A DNA stretch of 64,000 nt from Mobula birostris (Eukaryota), in contig NC_092391.1 in NCBI RefSeq assembly GCF_030028105.1, forward strand, positions 47,217,223-47,281,222, in the 5' to 3' direction. How positions within the stretch are numbered: the stretch's first letter is position 1; every line of letters begins with the position of its first letter. The translations under genes were made by a program, and so were the position numbers. The notes under the pieces are model-generated. The model was not told the DNA's origin, made no database searches, and saw only the letters and a program-made list of their open reading frames with translations. This document shows positions 1 to 12,072 of the stretch, one piece after another.

Positions 1-410
1 TGTTTTGGAGTTCAGAGTTCAATTCCGGTGCCGTTCTGTAAGAAGCCTCTGTACGTCCTCCCCGTGGAATGCATGGGTTTTCCCGGGTGCTCTGGTTTCC
101 TCCCACAGCCCAAAGACGTACTGGGTAGGTTAATTGGTCAGTGTAAATTAGAACATAGAACATAAAACATAGAATAGTACAGCACATTACAGGCCCTTCG
201 GCCCACAATGTTGTGCCGACCCTCAAACATTGCCTCCCATATAACCCCCTACCTTAAATTCCTCCATATACCTGTCTAAGTAGTCCCTTAAATTGTCGCA
301 TGATTAGCTTAGGGTTAATCGGGTTTGTTAGGATTGCTTGCGAGGCGTGGCTTAAAGGGCCGGAAAGGCCTACTCCGCTCTGTATTGCTAAAATAAAAAC
401 AAAAATAATC
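1..410 (+). mobile_element. V-SINE (HE1-like), 5' end cut by the window edge and interrupted by a CR1 3' fragment
   Basis: B-box-like GAGTTCAATTCC, V-domain-like GGGTTTTCCCGGGTGCTCTGGTTTCCTCCCACA, CR1-like 3' end (GGGCCGGAAAGGCCT) and an A-rich tail. Confidence 0.8.
150..288 (-). mobile_element. 5'-truncated CR1 LINE 3' end inserted into the V-SINE
   Basis: (AGAACAT)n tail, stem-loop ACAGGCCCTTCGGCCCAC, flanking TAAATT duplication. Confidence 0.75.
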
Positions 411-835
411 AAATATGTCTACATATATATTGATTTTTTTCATCAACTGAGCTGTGGAAAAGGATACTGGGTAATCAGGATAAACATTACTTATTCAAAG
501 AGTCGCCATGATCAGTAGGTCATTGCTTATAGGGATATGGAAATCTGTGACTTGCAAAGAGAATTGGCAGACACTTGAGAGACAGTGACACAGAGGGCTG
601 GGGAGAGAGAGCAGGGGAAATGGGACTGACTGGGTTGCTGAACCAGGACCAGTATGGCCTTCTCTGTACTCTAACGGTTCTATTATTCAAAGAATTTACT
701 TTGTACTACACAAATGTACCCTATGGGGATGCTTCAAAGAAGGATTAAGTGTCAGATGTCTGAGGTAATCTCAAAATGCTGGAGGGACTCAACAGGACAA
801 GCAGCATCTATGGAGAGGAATAAAGAGCTGATAGA

Positions 836-1490
836 TTTCTCTACTCGGGCTTCTGCCAGGTAGAGGTATCAATTTTCACCATCATTTTGATGACAAACTC
901 TGCCAGATTCATCAGGGATGACACCCTGGCATGTCTAGTCCCGTGGTATTTATACCCCTGTCTTCCACCCCTCCTGATTAGTCCTCATCCAATCAGGTTT
1001 CTACTGTCCCACCTTGTTTACAATTGAATTCCAGTTCTTCCTTAGATCGAGACTTTCGTGTTTGTTAGAATTCTTTTCCTCTAGTTTTATTTTAATGGCT
1101 TCATTCACCAGGCGGTCCCAAAAGCCATTGTGCGGCACTGCAGTTTTGTGCTGTCGAAGTCAATCCTATAGCCATTGTGAATGCAATGTTCTGCTACTGC
1201 CGATTTCACTGGGTAACCTAAATGGTTACACCGCCTGTGCTCGTTGGTGCGGGTTTCCACTCTGATGTTTGAGCTGAGTTTCAAGCTGAGACTCTCCATC
1301 GGGACTGTATATTAGCAGACACGTGCCTGAAGAACAAAGTGTTCCCATTAAATCCAAACTCACCCACCCCATCTACGAGACTTCCAAGTGTCACCATTGT
1401 CCTACATGAAGACACTGTATTGCAACCCCTCAGGGACTAGGAGTGTTAGGTTGATTGACAAAGTGCATTCAGAGTTGAGGTACCCTGCCT
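836..1490 (-). mobile_element. Penelope-like element fragment (GIY-YIG endonuclease plus terminal repeat)
   Basis: ORF 1105-1299 ETRTNEHRRC..KSAVAEHCIHNGYRIDFD matches the PLE GIY-YIG C-terminus; 845-960 is homologous to 56010-56130. Confidence 0.75.
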
Positions 1491-2194
1491 TCCTATTTCT
1501 GCAGAGGCAGTGATACGCTCCCAGCTATGTCCCCTTTCCTCCTGCCGGAAGCCTCTGATATCTGATCAAAGTGGGCACTTTTCAAACAGGGATCCAGTGT
1601 ACTGTTACATCTCAACATGCAAATAAGGTCGGGCATGAAGTTTGTCCTGCAAGAAGTTAACTTATTTACTTCAAGCTTGTTGAGTGCAAGTGTCTGCAAA
1701 CGTATAGCTACCGAATGGCACCTGCCAACGATACAGGATAAGCCCCAGCAGTATTCTGATCCTGCTGGCTTGGAGAACAGCCAGCACACATATGTACATC
1801 ACTGCAGGGATATATCCTAGTCAACCGCGGAATGCATCATTTTTATGTCCATTCCTGCTCATACAAACAAAAATATCTTCAGGCTTTCAACCAGGGGTCA
1901 CAGGGCTTTCAGAGAGGGTGGAAGGCTGGCCCAGTTTTCATTAACTACACCAACAGTCCTGAGGACAACTGGAGGTGGTATTGGAAAACCACAAGGGAAC
2001 GCTAGTCAAACCTAGTCCCAAAGGCTGAACAATGAGTCCTACTTCCTTCAGCGACTCTCAAACAAATTGAATTCTTGAAACCACCACAAAACTTGGAAAG
2101 AAATTTCCTAAATGATCTCATAATTCGAATAGGAATTAGTTTACTATTGTCACAGTCTTGCAGATTGTTCATATAGATCAAATCATTACACAGC

Positions 2195-2610
2195 GTATTG
2201 AGATACGACAAGGAAAAGGATCAACAATGCAGAATAAAGTCTAACAGCTACAGAGAAAGTGTAGTGCAGGTAGGCAAATAAGTGCAAGATCATAACAAGG
2301 TAGATTATGAAATCAAGAGTCCAACCTTTCAAACAAGAAATTTAATAATATGGTAACACTTATCAGAGTAGGGAACAATTTCATAATCTTATAACAGCAC
2401 GGTAAAAGCTGACCTTGAGTCTGGTGGTATGTGCTTTCAGGCTTTTGTACCTTCTAGCCTATGGAAGTGGAAGAAGAGAGAATGCCCTGGGTGGGTGGGG
2501 TCTTTGACTATGTTGGACACTTTACTGAGGCAGTAAGACATATAGACAGAGTCCATGGAGGCAAGCCTGGTTTCCGGGATATGCTGATCTGTGCCCACAA
2601 CTCTCCGTGA
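2195..2610 (-). mobile_element. Rex1/Babar (L2-like) LINE 3' fragment
   Basis: Minus strand reads CLSKVSNIVKDPTHPGHSL..RRYKSLKAHTTRLKVSF, the same family as ORF 24322-24780. Confidence 0.7.
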
Positions 2611-2784
2611 AAGCTACTGTATCTTAAGTAAAACAGAACTGTAAATACTCAGCATGCCTTGCAGGGAGAAACAATTAAAATTTTATATCTATCCTCTCTT
2701 GCCACGAATGTCCCCTAACTTGTTCATTATTTCCAGCAGCTTCTGGTTTGTTTTAGATTTATAGTACTTTTCTATGTGTATTAC

Positions 2785-3090
2785 AGCACAGAAGGAGGCT
2801 ATTTGGCCCGTCGAGTCTCTGCCAGCCTACAGAACGATCATATTCCCCACTATTTTATCCCTTCAATATCTTCTCTCCACAGCCATATCCATTCCCCAGA
2901 GTCTAGCCTTCACTTGCACTGCTCGGCAATTAACTGACAAAGTGTCATGCCTGTGGGATGTGGAAGGAAATTGGAGCACCCAGGAGAAACCCTGATGGCT
3001 TTAGGGAGAGTATTCAAACTCCATACACAGAGAGTAACCAGGACTGAACCCAGGTATCTGATGTCCTGATGCAGCAGCTCTTCCAGCTGA
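2785..3090 (-). mobile_element. Decayed V-SINE
   Basis: Reverse V-domain motif TGTGGAAGGAAATTGGAGCACCCAGGAGAAACCC and a CR1-like tail. Confidence 0.6.
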
Positions 3091-3491
3091 CTACCCTTTC
3101 CTTTGTTTTTAAACCCAATCTCTTCTTTGTTGGTAAGCAATTTAAACAAAAGTCTCACACTGCTTGTGTGACAGCAGTGACAGAGGTTGTTAGAAGCTCC
3201 ATTTACCTTCAAACCAGGCTTAAAGTGTACATGCACTGCCTCAGTCAGCGATCACACCCCTCAGGATTAATGAGTGCTACAATGATTTTCAGACCTGAAA
3301 TAAGGGGGAACTGAAATTTTTTTTCAAATAACAAATACAGTCTGTGCTGTAGAAATCAACCTCAGAAAGACTTATGCAAGCACTCGGAAAATCTGAACAG
3401 CAGCCATGTTTTATGGTTGTGTCTGAAACCCCACGTGCCCCTGTCTGCCCACCTCTGCAGGGTTTAAGGTCCTTTCGAATCGCTGACTGAG

Positions 3492-3570
3492 ATGAAAGTG
3501 CTGTGCGAGAGGACCCCAGGGGATTACCTCGACACACTCCTCAAAGAAGAAAATACAAAGTGTCTCTCAG
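3492..3570 (+). CDS. Candidate first coding exon of an unidentified host gene (MKVLCERTPGDYLDTLLKEENTKCLS, phase-1 donor)
   Basis: Pyrimidine-rich acceptor CTGCCCACCTCTGCAG ending at 3460, ATG at 3492, 26 open codons plus 1 nt, donor CAG|GTTGGT at 3570/3571; non-repetitive context with CpGs retained. Confidence 0.4.
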
Positions 3571-4989
3571 GTTGGTGATCCAGTAACTGATCTCATCACT
3601 GTCACTATTGGACAGGAACCCAAGGGCACATTTTGATTTGGAGAATAGCTAGCTATATGGTTGCTTAATACATATTTATAACACCTAAACAAGGTGTCCA
3701 CTACTTTTGCACTGGGTTATCACTGCAGCAGCAGAAATATTCTCTGCATTTTCCTCAGAGGTACATAACTTTATGATGAAGCTACAGTGCACAAAATTAT
3801 TCTCCACAATAGCTTTATGATTTGAATCTGCTCCAATATACGCTGTAGTTTCCAATTTCTCACTATACTTTATATAACATTCTTCAATGTTGTGGATATA
3901 ATTCAAAGTAATTTGATTAATGTAATAGCATTATGATTGTTAGAAAGCCCTGCCAGTGGCCCTGCATACCGGGTGCCTTCATCATCTCAATCTGCCCTCC
4001 TTCAGGCTTGCTCCTGTAATTGAAAGCAAATCCTCCTTTCATATCGATATCCTTTCTTGTCTTTCTCTGTGGAGCTCAGATGAGGGGCAATTCAGCTTTA
4101 CCTCGGCCAGCTGCCAAGCAGTGCTGTAGGCTAGCCTCCTGGTGAGCATTGCAATCACTGACACTTATTGCTTTATTAAATGGAAACTGTTCACTGCACT
4201 GAAAATATCCCAAAGAAGTCGCCCTAAATGGACCATTTTGTTTCAATCATTTGAGATGATTTGAGTAAAACAGCAGACATCTTCAGCATCATAATTCTTC
4301 TTTTGCTGTCTTTATTTATTCTTTGTAACTCATAGACATCACATCTTGCCCTGTACAGCTGCATAAAGGCAAATTTCATGACATGCAGAATGTCAGTGAT
4401 ATTCAACCTCATTCAGATTCTAATTCTAATTCTGGCAGAGAATACATGCGTGAGGGAGCATATACCGCCTTCTAATGTGTCGTACTGATTTTCAAATTTT
4501 CTCAAATAAGTACTCATTTCCTGAGCCCCATTATCTCTCATGCACTGCTGCTGACTGGATTAGGAGGTTAAAAAGAGTTCAGTTTTCAATGGGCCAATAT
4601 TTGACTGAAAGATTAGACTCCTAGAGTTAAACTTTGAAACAGAGATTTCTGGATTTTTTGTAGAATGAGACCCTAGAAAATCTATGGATAACTTACAACA
4701 CTCTTGCAAATTTGATGATAATATTACAAAAACTCATTCCCGCTTCCCAAGTAGTCTATTTAAGTAACCTTCAACGTGAGGTGTAATTTTTGCTCGAGGT
4801 CAGTTTTTTGATAAAACTGAATGATTTAATAATTTCCATAAGAATGCCAAAACCCTGGAAATAAGTCACTCTATTGGTTAGAGTCATAGAGCATTTGCCC
4901 TTTCAGAAGCATAGGGGGGTCTTCTGGCTGGCTGTGGTGTCGCTGGGCCCCGTGGTGATACCCTAAGCCAACTGATTGACACGTTTGTG

Positions 4990-5360
4990 TCTGACTTGTG
5001 CCAGAATCCTGAACCGAGACCAGGCACCATGAATTCTCTGTGTATTCTGCAGGGCTTGGAGAGGACGTTTTCAATAACGGAAGAGTCTAGGAATAGTCTC
5101 AGAATAGAAGGACATCCCTTTCAAACGGAGATGAGGAGGAATTCATTTATCCAGTACGTGGTGAATCGGTAGAATTGATTGCCACAGATGGATGTGGAGG
5201 CCAAGTCATAGGGTATACTTTAAGGTGGAGGTCGGTTCTTGATTAGTAAGGGTCTCAAATGTTATGAAGAGCAGGCAGATGAGAGGGAAACTAAATCAGC
5301 CAGAGCAGTCTTGAGATGCTGAATAGCCTAATTCTATTCCGTTGTCTTATGGTCTTATCA
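4990..5360 (+). mobile_element. CR1 LINE 3' fragment
   Basis: SLRIEGHPFQTEMRRNSF motif and (TCTTATGG) tail. Confidence 0.75.
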
Positions 5361-5467
5361 TTCCCACAGTCCCAGCAGATTTCATTGAATGCTATCAACT
5401 GTAACCTCATTTGTGTTGTAATGGCTCAAATTAGCCAGCAAGCATTCAAACCTAGTTAAATATTCAA

Positions 5468-5552
5468 CCAACACATACAAAATGCTGGTGAATGCAGCAG
5501 GCCAGACAGCATCTATAGGAAGAGGTACAGTCGGCGTTTCGGGCCGAAACCC
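5468..5552 (-). mobile_element. Penelope terminal-repeat (pLTR) fragment
   Basis: Near-identical to 62957-63032, which is attached to a GIY-YIG ORF. Confidence 0.7.
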
Positions 5553-5673
5553 AGTGACCTCATCGCCATTTTCACTGTGTTAGTATTATCACGGCTTCTG
5601 TGTTAAACTGCCCGCAAACTTGTTCTTGTGCCAGTTTATACATATATATATAGACAATGCCTCAGCTATGCAG

Positions 5674-5760
5674 TACTCTCTACACTATATATTCAGCTAT
5701 ACAGTCTATACTATATATTCAGCTATACTGTACTCTCTATATTATACATTAAGCTATACT
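5674..5760. repeat. Short imperfect tandem repeat, about 3 copies
   Basis: Repeated core CTATATATTCAGCTATAC. Confidence 0.7.
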
Positions 5761-6042
5761 AGTTAAAGTTACATTCTCACTTTCACCACTCTCTCCATCT
5801 CACCCTTCCTCTCTCCCTTTCTCTGCAGTCTGTGGAAGAAACTGCCCTGTGAATAGAATACATTTGCCCATGACAAAATGCCTACAGCTTGCTGAAAGCC
5901 GTGCCAGAGGAATGCAGTCTTATCTTGGAGCACTGCTTCCCCTTCTCCCATGGATATAGCACTAATTGTTCAGTTCAAGCCACTACAATCCTGAACTGCG
6001 TAACATCAGTTAATCATAATCAGATACCAACTAATAGAGCCA

Positions 6043-7287
6043 ATACCTCCCAGAGGCCAACCATCTAATTGCACTTTCCATTCCCACACTGACATGTCTG
6101 TTCATGGCCTCTTCTACTGCCACATCAAAGCCAGATTCCGCTCGGAGGAGCAACACTGCCATAGAAATCCAGGGAAACTTGGTTGTTTGGATTCAGAATT
6201 GGCCTGTCCACAGAAGGTAGAGGGTGATAGATGGAGCATATTAGGCTTGCAGGTCGTGACCATTGGTGTCCAGCAGGGATCTGTTCTGGAATTAACACCT
6301 CATATCCTATCTTGGTAGCCCCCCAACTTGATGGAATCACCATTGATACATCTGCACTCAGTGGCCACTTTATTAGGTACCACCTGTACTGAGGTACATT
6401 AAAAGGAGGCAACTGAGTGTATGTTTGTAGACTTCTGCTGCTGTAGCCCATCCACTTCAAGTTTCGATGTTCCGTGCATTCAGAGGTGCTCTTCTGCATA
6501 CCACTGTTGTACCGTGTGAATTATTGTCATATTCCTCTCGTCTTGAACCAGTCTGGTCGTTCTCCTCTGCCCTCTCTCATTAACAAAGCATTTCCGCCCA
6601 TAGAACTGGATATTTTTCTTTGTTTATTGCATTAGTCTCTGCAAACTTTAGAGACCCTTGTATGCGAAAATCCCAGGAGATCAGCAGTTTCTGAGATACC
6701 CAAATCACCACGTCTGGAACCAACAATTATTCCACGGTCAAAGTCGCCTAGATCACATTTCTTCTCCATACTGATGTTTGGTTTGAACAACAACTGAACC
6801 TCTTGACAATGTCTGCATGCTTTTATGCATTTGGTTGCTGCCACATGATAGAATGATTAGATATTTGGCATTAACAAGTAGGCATGCAGATGTATCTAAC
6901 AAAGTGGTTACCTCGTGTAATTTCTGGTAACTACTCCCCTCTGTTTCCCTCCCCCCACTGTTATCCCTTATCTATGTAGCCCCATTATTCCCTCTCTTTT
7001 TTCTCCTCCACCCTCATGACCTGCCAATCACCTTCTCCTTCCTCCCTCTGGTTCCATAGTCTAATGACCTCTTCTATTAAACTTCTTCTTCTTCAACTCT
7101 TTGCCTTCTCTACTCTGTCCAACTTCTCACATTATTTTACTTTTCTCCCCCTCCCATCACCCTCCTCTCAACTTACCTCACCTATCACCTACCAGCTCAT
7201 GCTCCTCCTCTCTCCCCATCCTTTTATTCTGGCTTCTGACCGCTTCATTTCCAGTCCTGATGAACGGTCTCGGCCTAAAACATTGTC
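6043..7287 (+). mobile_element. Penelope-like 3' region split by later insertions
   Basis: HSHTDMSVHGLFYCHIKARFRSEEQH, then a GSLQPDG-like piece at about 6300-6350, a pyrimidine-rich UTR at 6920-7250 and CAGTCCTGATGAACGG..CTAAAAC at 7252-7281. Confidence 0.7.
6355..6917 (-). mobile_element. Non-autonomous Tc1/mariner element with a transposase N-terminal fragment
   Basis: TIR CACTCAGTGGCCACTTTATTAGGTAC with a degenerate right copy followed by TA; ORF MEKKCDLGDFDRGIIVGSRRGDLGISETADLLGFSH is a Tc1 HTH. Confidence 0.85.
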
Positions 7288-10255
7288 ATCTGAGGCGTGT
7301 AAAAATGGGACAGCAGTAATCGTGGGGGACTTTAACTTGCACATAGGCTGGGTGAATCAAGCTGGTCGAGGAAGTCTTGAGGAGGACTTCATAGAATGCA
7401 TCCATGATAGCTTTATTAAACAGCATGTTACTGAACCTACAAGGGAACGTGCTGTCTTAGATCTGGTCCTGTGCAATGAGACAGGTAAAATTAATGATCT
7501 TGTAGTTAGGGATCCACTTAGAAATAGTGATCACAGTATGATTGAGTTTCTCATACAAATGGAGGGTGCAATAGTTCGATCTAAAACCAATGTATTATGG
7601 CTAAACAATGGACACTACAATGGGATGAGGAAAGATTTGACTAGTGTAGGCCGGGAACACAAACTATATGTTGGGACGATTGAGGAATAGTGGAAGACTT
7701 TCAAAAAGATTTTCACTGTGTTCAACTAAAGTATATTTCAGTCAAAAGCAAGGACAGTAACGGTGGGGAGAGCCAGCCTTGGATAGCGAAGAAAATAAGA
7801 GGGCATCAAACTCGTGCATACAAAGTCGCCAAGAGTAGTGGGAAACTGGAAGACCGGAAAATTTTAAAGAGCAACAAAGAACCAATAAGCGAGCAATAAA
7901 GAAAGGGAAGATAGATTATGAAAATAAACTAGCATAAAATATAAAAATGGATAGTAAAAATTTTTAATTACTATACAAATCAGAAAAGGGTGGCAAAAGT
8001 GAACTTAGGTCCCTTGGAGGATGAGAAGGGGAAATTGATATTGGGTAATAAGGAAATAGCAGAGGCTTTAAGTGACTATTTTGTGTTGGTCTTCATGGTG
8101 GAGGACAGGTCTAATATGCCAAAGAGAGATGTTATGGATGCGATGGGAGGTGAGGCCCTCAATACAATAGCTATCACTAAAGAGGTAGTGTTGAGCAAAC
8201 TTGTGGCCCTGAAGATAGATAATTCCCATGGTCCTGATGGAATGCATCCCAAGATACTGAAAGAAATGGTAGAATTTATAGTAGAGGCTTTGGTGATAAT
8301 TTACCAGAATTCTCTGGGTTCTGGGCAGGCCCCAGCGGATTGGAAGATGATGAATGTCACGCCACTGATCAAAAAAGGATATAGGCAAAAGGCAGGTAAC
8401 TATAGGCTAGTTAGTTTAACATCTGTAGTCGGGAACATGCTTGAAGCTGTCATTAAAGAAGCAGCAGTGAGTTATCTGGAAAAAAATGGATCAGGCAGAC
8501 ACAGCATAGATGCAGCAAAGGAAGGTCTTTTTTGACAAACTTACTGGAGTTCCTTGAGGATATAATGAGCACAGTGGATAGAGGGGAACAGATGGACATT
8601 ATTTACTTGGATTTCCAGAAGGCGTTCAATAAGGTACTGCATAAAAGACTTATCCATCATATAAAGATGCATAGAGTTGAGTGTGATGTATTAGCATGGA
8701 TAGAGAACTGGTCAACCAATAGAAAGCAGAAAATTGGGATACATGGGTGTTACTCTGGTTGTCAAACAGCGGTGAATGGTGAGCTGCAGGGGTTGGTGCT
8801 GGGCCCGCAATTGTTCACAATATACATTAATGATCTGGAAGAGGGGACTGAGTGTAATGTATCTAAGTTTGCTGATGACATTAAATTGGATGGAAAAGGA
8901 AATTGTGCAGAGGCTATGGAGAGTCTGCAGAGAGATGTAGGTAGGTTAAATGAGTGGGCAAGGGTCTGGCAGATGGAGTATAATGTTGGTAAATGCGAGG
9001 CCATCCAAATTTGAAGGAAAAATGGAAGATCAGGTTATTATGATTATGATTATGAGGACACGCAGTCCCCTTTTATTGTCATTTAATAATGCATGCATTA
9101 AGAAATGATACCATGTTTTTCCAGAATGATATCACGAAAACACATGACAAACCAACTTAAAATCTAACAAAAACCACATAATTATAACATATAGTTACAA
9201 CAGTGCAAAGCGTAATTCGATAACAGTGTAATTTGATAAGAACAGGCCATGGCACGGTAAAGTCTCAGAGTCTCTCAAAAGTCCCATCATCTCACACAGA
9301 CGGTAAACCTCCAGCGTCGCCAACTTGCCGATGAAGCATCCGACCACAGTCCGACTCCGAGTCCATCCGAAAACTCCGAACCTCCGACCACTCCTTCGAC
9401 ACCAAGCACCGAGCACCATCTCTACCGAGTGCTTCGACCCCGGCAACAGACGATAGGCAAAGCCAAGGATTTGGGGCCTTCGTCTCCGGAGATTATTATT
9501 TAAATGGTAAAAGATTGTAGCATGCTGCTATGCAGAGGAACTTAGGAGTGCTTGTGCATGAATCTCAGAAGGTTGGTTTGCAGGTGTAGCAGGCTATCAA
9601 GAAGGCAAATGGAATGTTGGCCTTCATTGCTGGAGGGATTGAATTTAAGAGCAGGGAGGTTATGCTACAACTGTACAGGGTACTGGTGAGGCTGCACCTG
9701 GAGTACTGCGTGCAATTTTGGTCTCCTTGCTTGAGGAAGGATATACTGGCTTCGGAGGCAGTGCAGAGGAGGTTCACCAGGTTGATTCTAGAGATGAGGG
9801 GGTTAGACTATGAAGGAGAGATTGAGTCGCCTGGGACTGTACTCACTGGAATTCAGAAGAATGAGAGGAGAACTTATAGAAGCATATACAATTTTGAAAG
9901 GGATAGATAAGATAGAGACAGAAAAGTTGTTTTCACTGGTAGATGAGACTAGAACTGGGGGACATAGCCTCAAGATTCAGGGGAGTAGATTTAAGACAGA
10001 GATGAGGAGGATCTGCTTTTCCCAGAGAGTGGCGAATCTATGGAATTCTCTGCCCAATGAAGCAATGGAGGCTACCTCAGTAAATATATTTAAGACTAGG
10101 CTGGATAGATTTTAGCATACTAGTGTATTAAGGGTTATGGAGAAAAGGCAGGTAGGTGGAGATGAGCCCATGGCCAGATTAGCCATGATCTTATTGAATG
10201 GCAGAGCAGGCTCAAAGGGTCAGATGGCCGACTCCTGTTCCTAATTCTTATGTTC
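7288..10255 (+). mobile_element. CR1 LINE (HER1-like), long ORF2 remnant with stops and frameshifts
   Basis: APE motifs IVGDFN and SDH; RT motifs YLDFQKAFNKV, VLGPQLFTIYINDL, SKFADD; LEYCVQFWSP; 3' UTR ending TTCTTATGTTC. Confidence 0.95.
9040..9492 (-). mobile_element. 5'-truncated non-autonomous retroelement (family A) inserted in CR1
   Basis: Homologous to 21639-22030 and 27012-27647; (GATTAT)n tail; CR1 resumes on the other side. Confidence 0.8.
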
Positions 10256-10964
10256 ACTTCCCTCTTTAAACGCTGTCTGACCCGCTGAATTTCTCCACAA
10301 TTTGAGTGTGTGTTGATCCAGACCCTGAGTATTAGTGGCTTCACTTGGCAGCCTGGGCAGATCGATCAGGCAGCTGGTTCTTAGATGAACCAACAGGAAC
10401 GAGGCACATGCTAACACTTTGCACTGTTGGACGACTTTGTTTTCTGGTTGGAACATGTAAGGAACCATCCCTAGATAGGCAGGATGTGGAAGGGGAAGCC
10501 TGTAAAATACAGGGAAGCTAAACAGATTAGGAGCAGGAGCTGGGTGATCAAAGCTGAGCTGTCACTTAATTGGATCATAGCTGATTGATAATTACTCAGC
10601 TCTGCACTCCCGTCTACTCTGTAAACCTTTCACCCTTTGCTATCAAGTATCCAACTCATCCTTTGAGAGAGAGTTCCAGAGTCACAATACTTTGAGAAAA
10701 AAAAACTGGTGTATGTCTGTCTTAAATAGAACAATATCTTATTTTAAACAAGGTCCCTGATTCTAGATTCTCCCACATGAGGAAGCATTCTCCCTACATC
10801 CAATCAGTCAAACCCCTTGTTTATTTATTTGTGGCAATATTACTTTAAGTGCTGTGTGTGTATAAGTGCAGTATACATGAGTACAATTGAATGACAATAA
10901 ATTGAACTTGAAGTAGAACCTTTCAGTATATTGCATGTTATTTCTCCTCCTTCCAACCAACCGT

Positions 10965-11460
10965 AACAAACACAGCCTGTCCAACTTTCCCTTCCAAGGC
11001 CACAGCTCCATTCCAGGTCCCTGTCACGTATACGTTCTCTAATCTGCTTCCAATGCATTAACATCACCACTGCCAGATGCGGAAAGCTCCAACGCCAACA
11101 TGTGTGCAGCCAGATTTCTTTGGCGTCTGCTGACTGAAGAATACACAGCAATCATTCCCTCATCTGTTCCAGGTATCCATCTCTCTGCCTAGAGACGGTG
11201 TAGAATTCCCAGCTACTGTTGCAGATCTATCCTGTTACTGGCTTACTGGTGTCTATTCTCTGGTGAACAACAGAAAACCTGCTTTCAATAACTTCTTCCC
11301 TACTCTTGGGCTCCAGTGAGATGTTCCCCATTTACTGGAGGATGTGGTGACTGGGAGCTAAGTCCCTCAGAAACTGAAGCTGGTTGGTATACAATGCCCT
11401 TACTTGTCACAGCAAGCCGGCAATATTCTTGGAGACCCTCACAACAGAGTTTTCCTGAAC
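10965..11460 (-). mobile_element. Possible ancient L1/Tx1 fragment
   Basis: Weak motifs WKGKLDRL and WSFPHLAVVML resemble the Tx1/L1 post-RT region. Confidence 0.3.
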
Positions 11461-12072
11461 TCAAAGTGAAATAAGCAATATTTTTACACTGTTAAGGACA
11501 AAGATAACAGTAGGTGATTCAAAGTCGTGTCTATTGCCCTATGCACAAGTACATGTGTACACAGACTCTATGAAAAATTTACTTGCAGCTGTATCACAAG
11601 GACACGGCATCATATAAGAAGCAATCACAAGAACCTATAAAGTAAACAAAAATTAAGTAGGATTTTACAAGACAAAACCCAATTAGAAAGAAAAAAAGAC
11701 ATTGCAGTGCAAACTGATTAAAGTGGTCAGAATGTTGCCCTACTGAGATAGTGATAAGGGTGTGCTGGTTGCTTCGAGAGCTGAATAGTTGGTTCAAGAT
11801 GGCGACCTCCATTGAGCTCAGGTTTCAGTTTTTGCTGTTTTTTAGTGGTTTATTTTTGAGTTTGTGGCAATGGTTTTGAGGACAGAGAAGGGAATTAGGG
11901 GTCAGGTTATGGTTTTTGAGACAGGGATGTGTGGAAAATTAGAGGAATTAGAGGACAGGCTGGAGTCTCCACATTACGTTCGACGTGGGACATCTGTGGA
12001 CAGACCAGCATGGACAGAGGCTGGTGCCCCACCCCCCCCGATGGTTAGCGTATTGTCAGAGTGTTCCATGCA

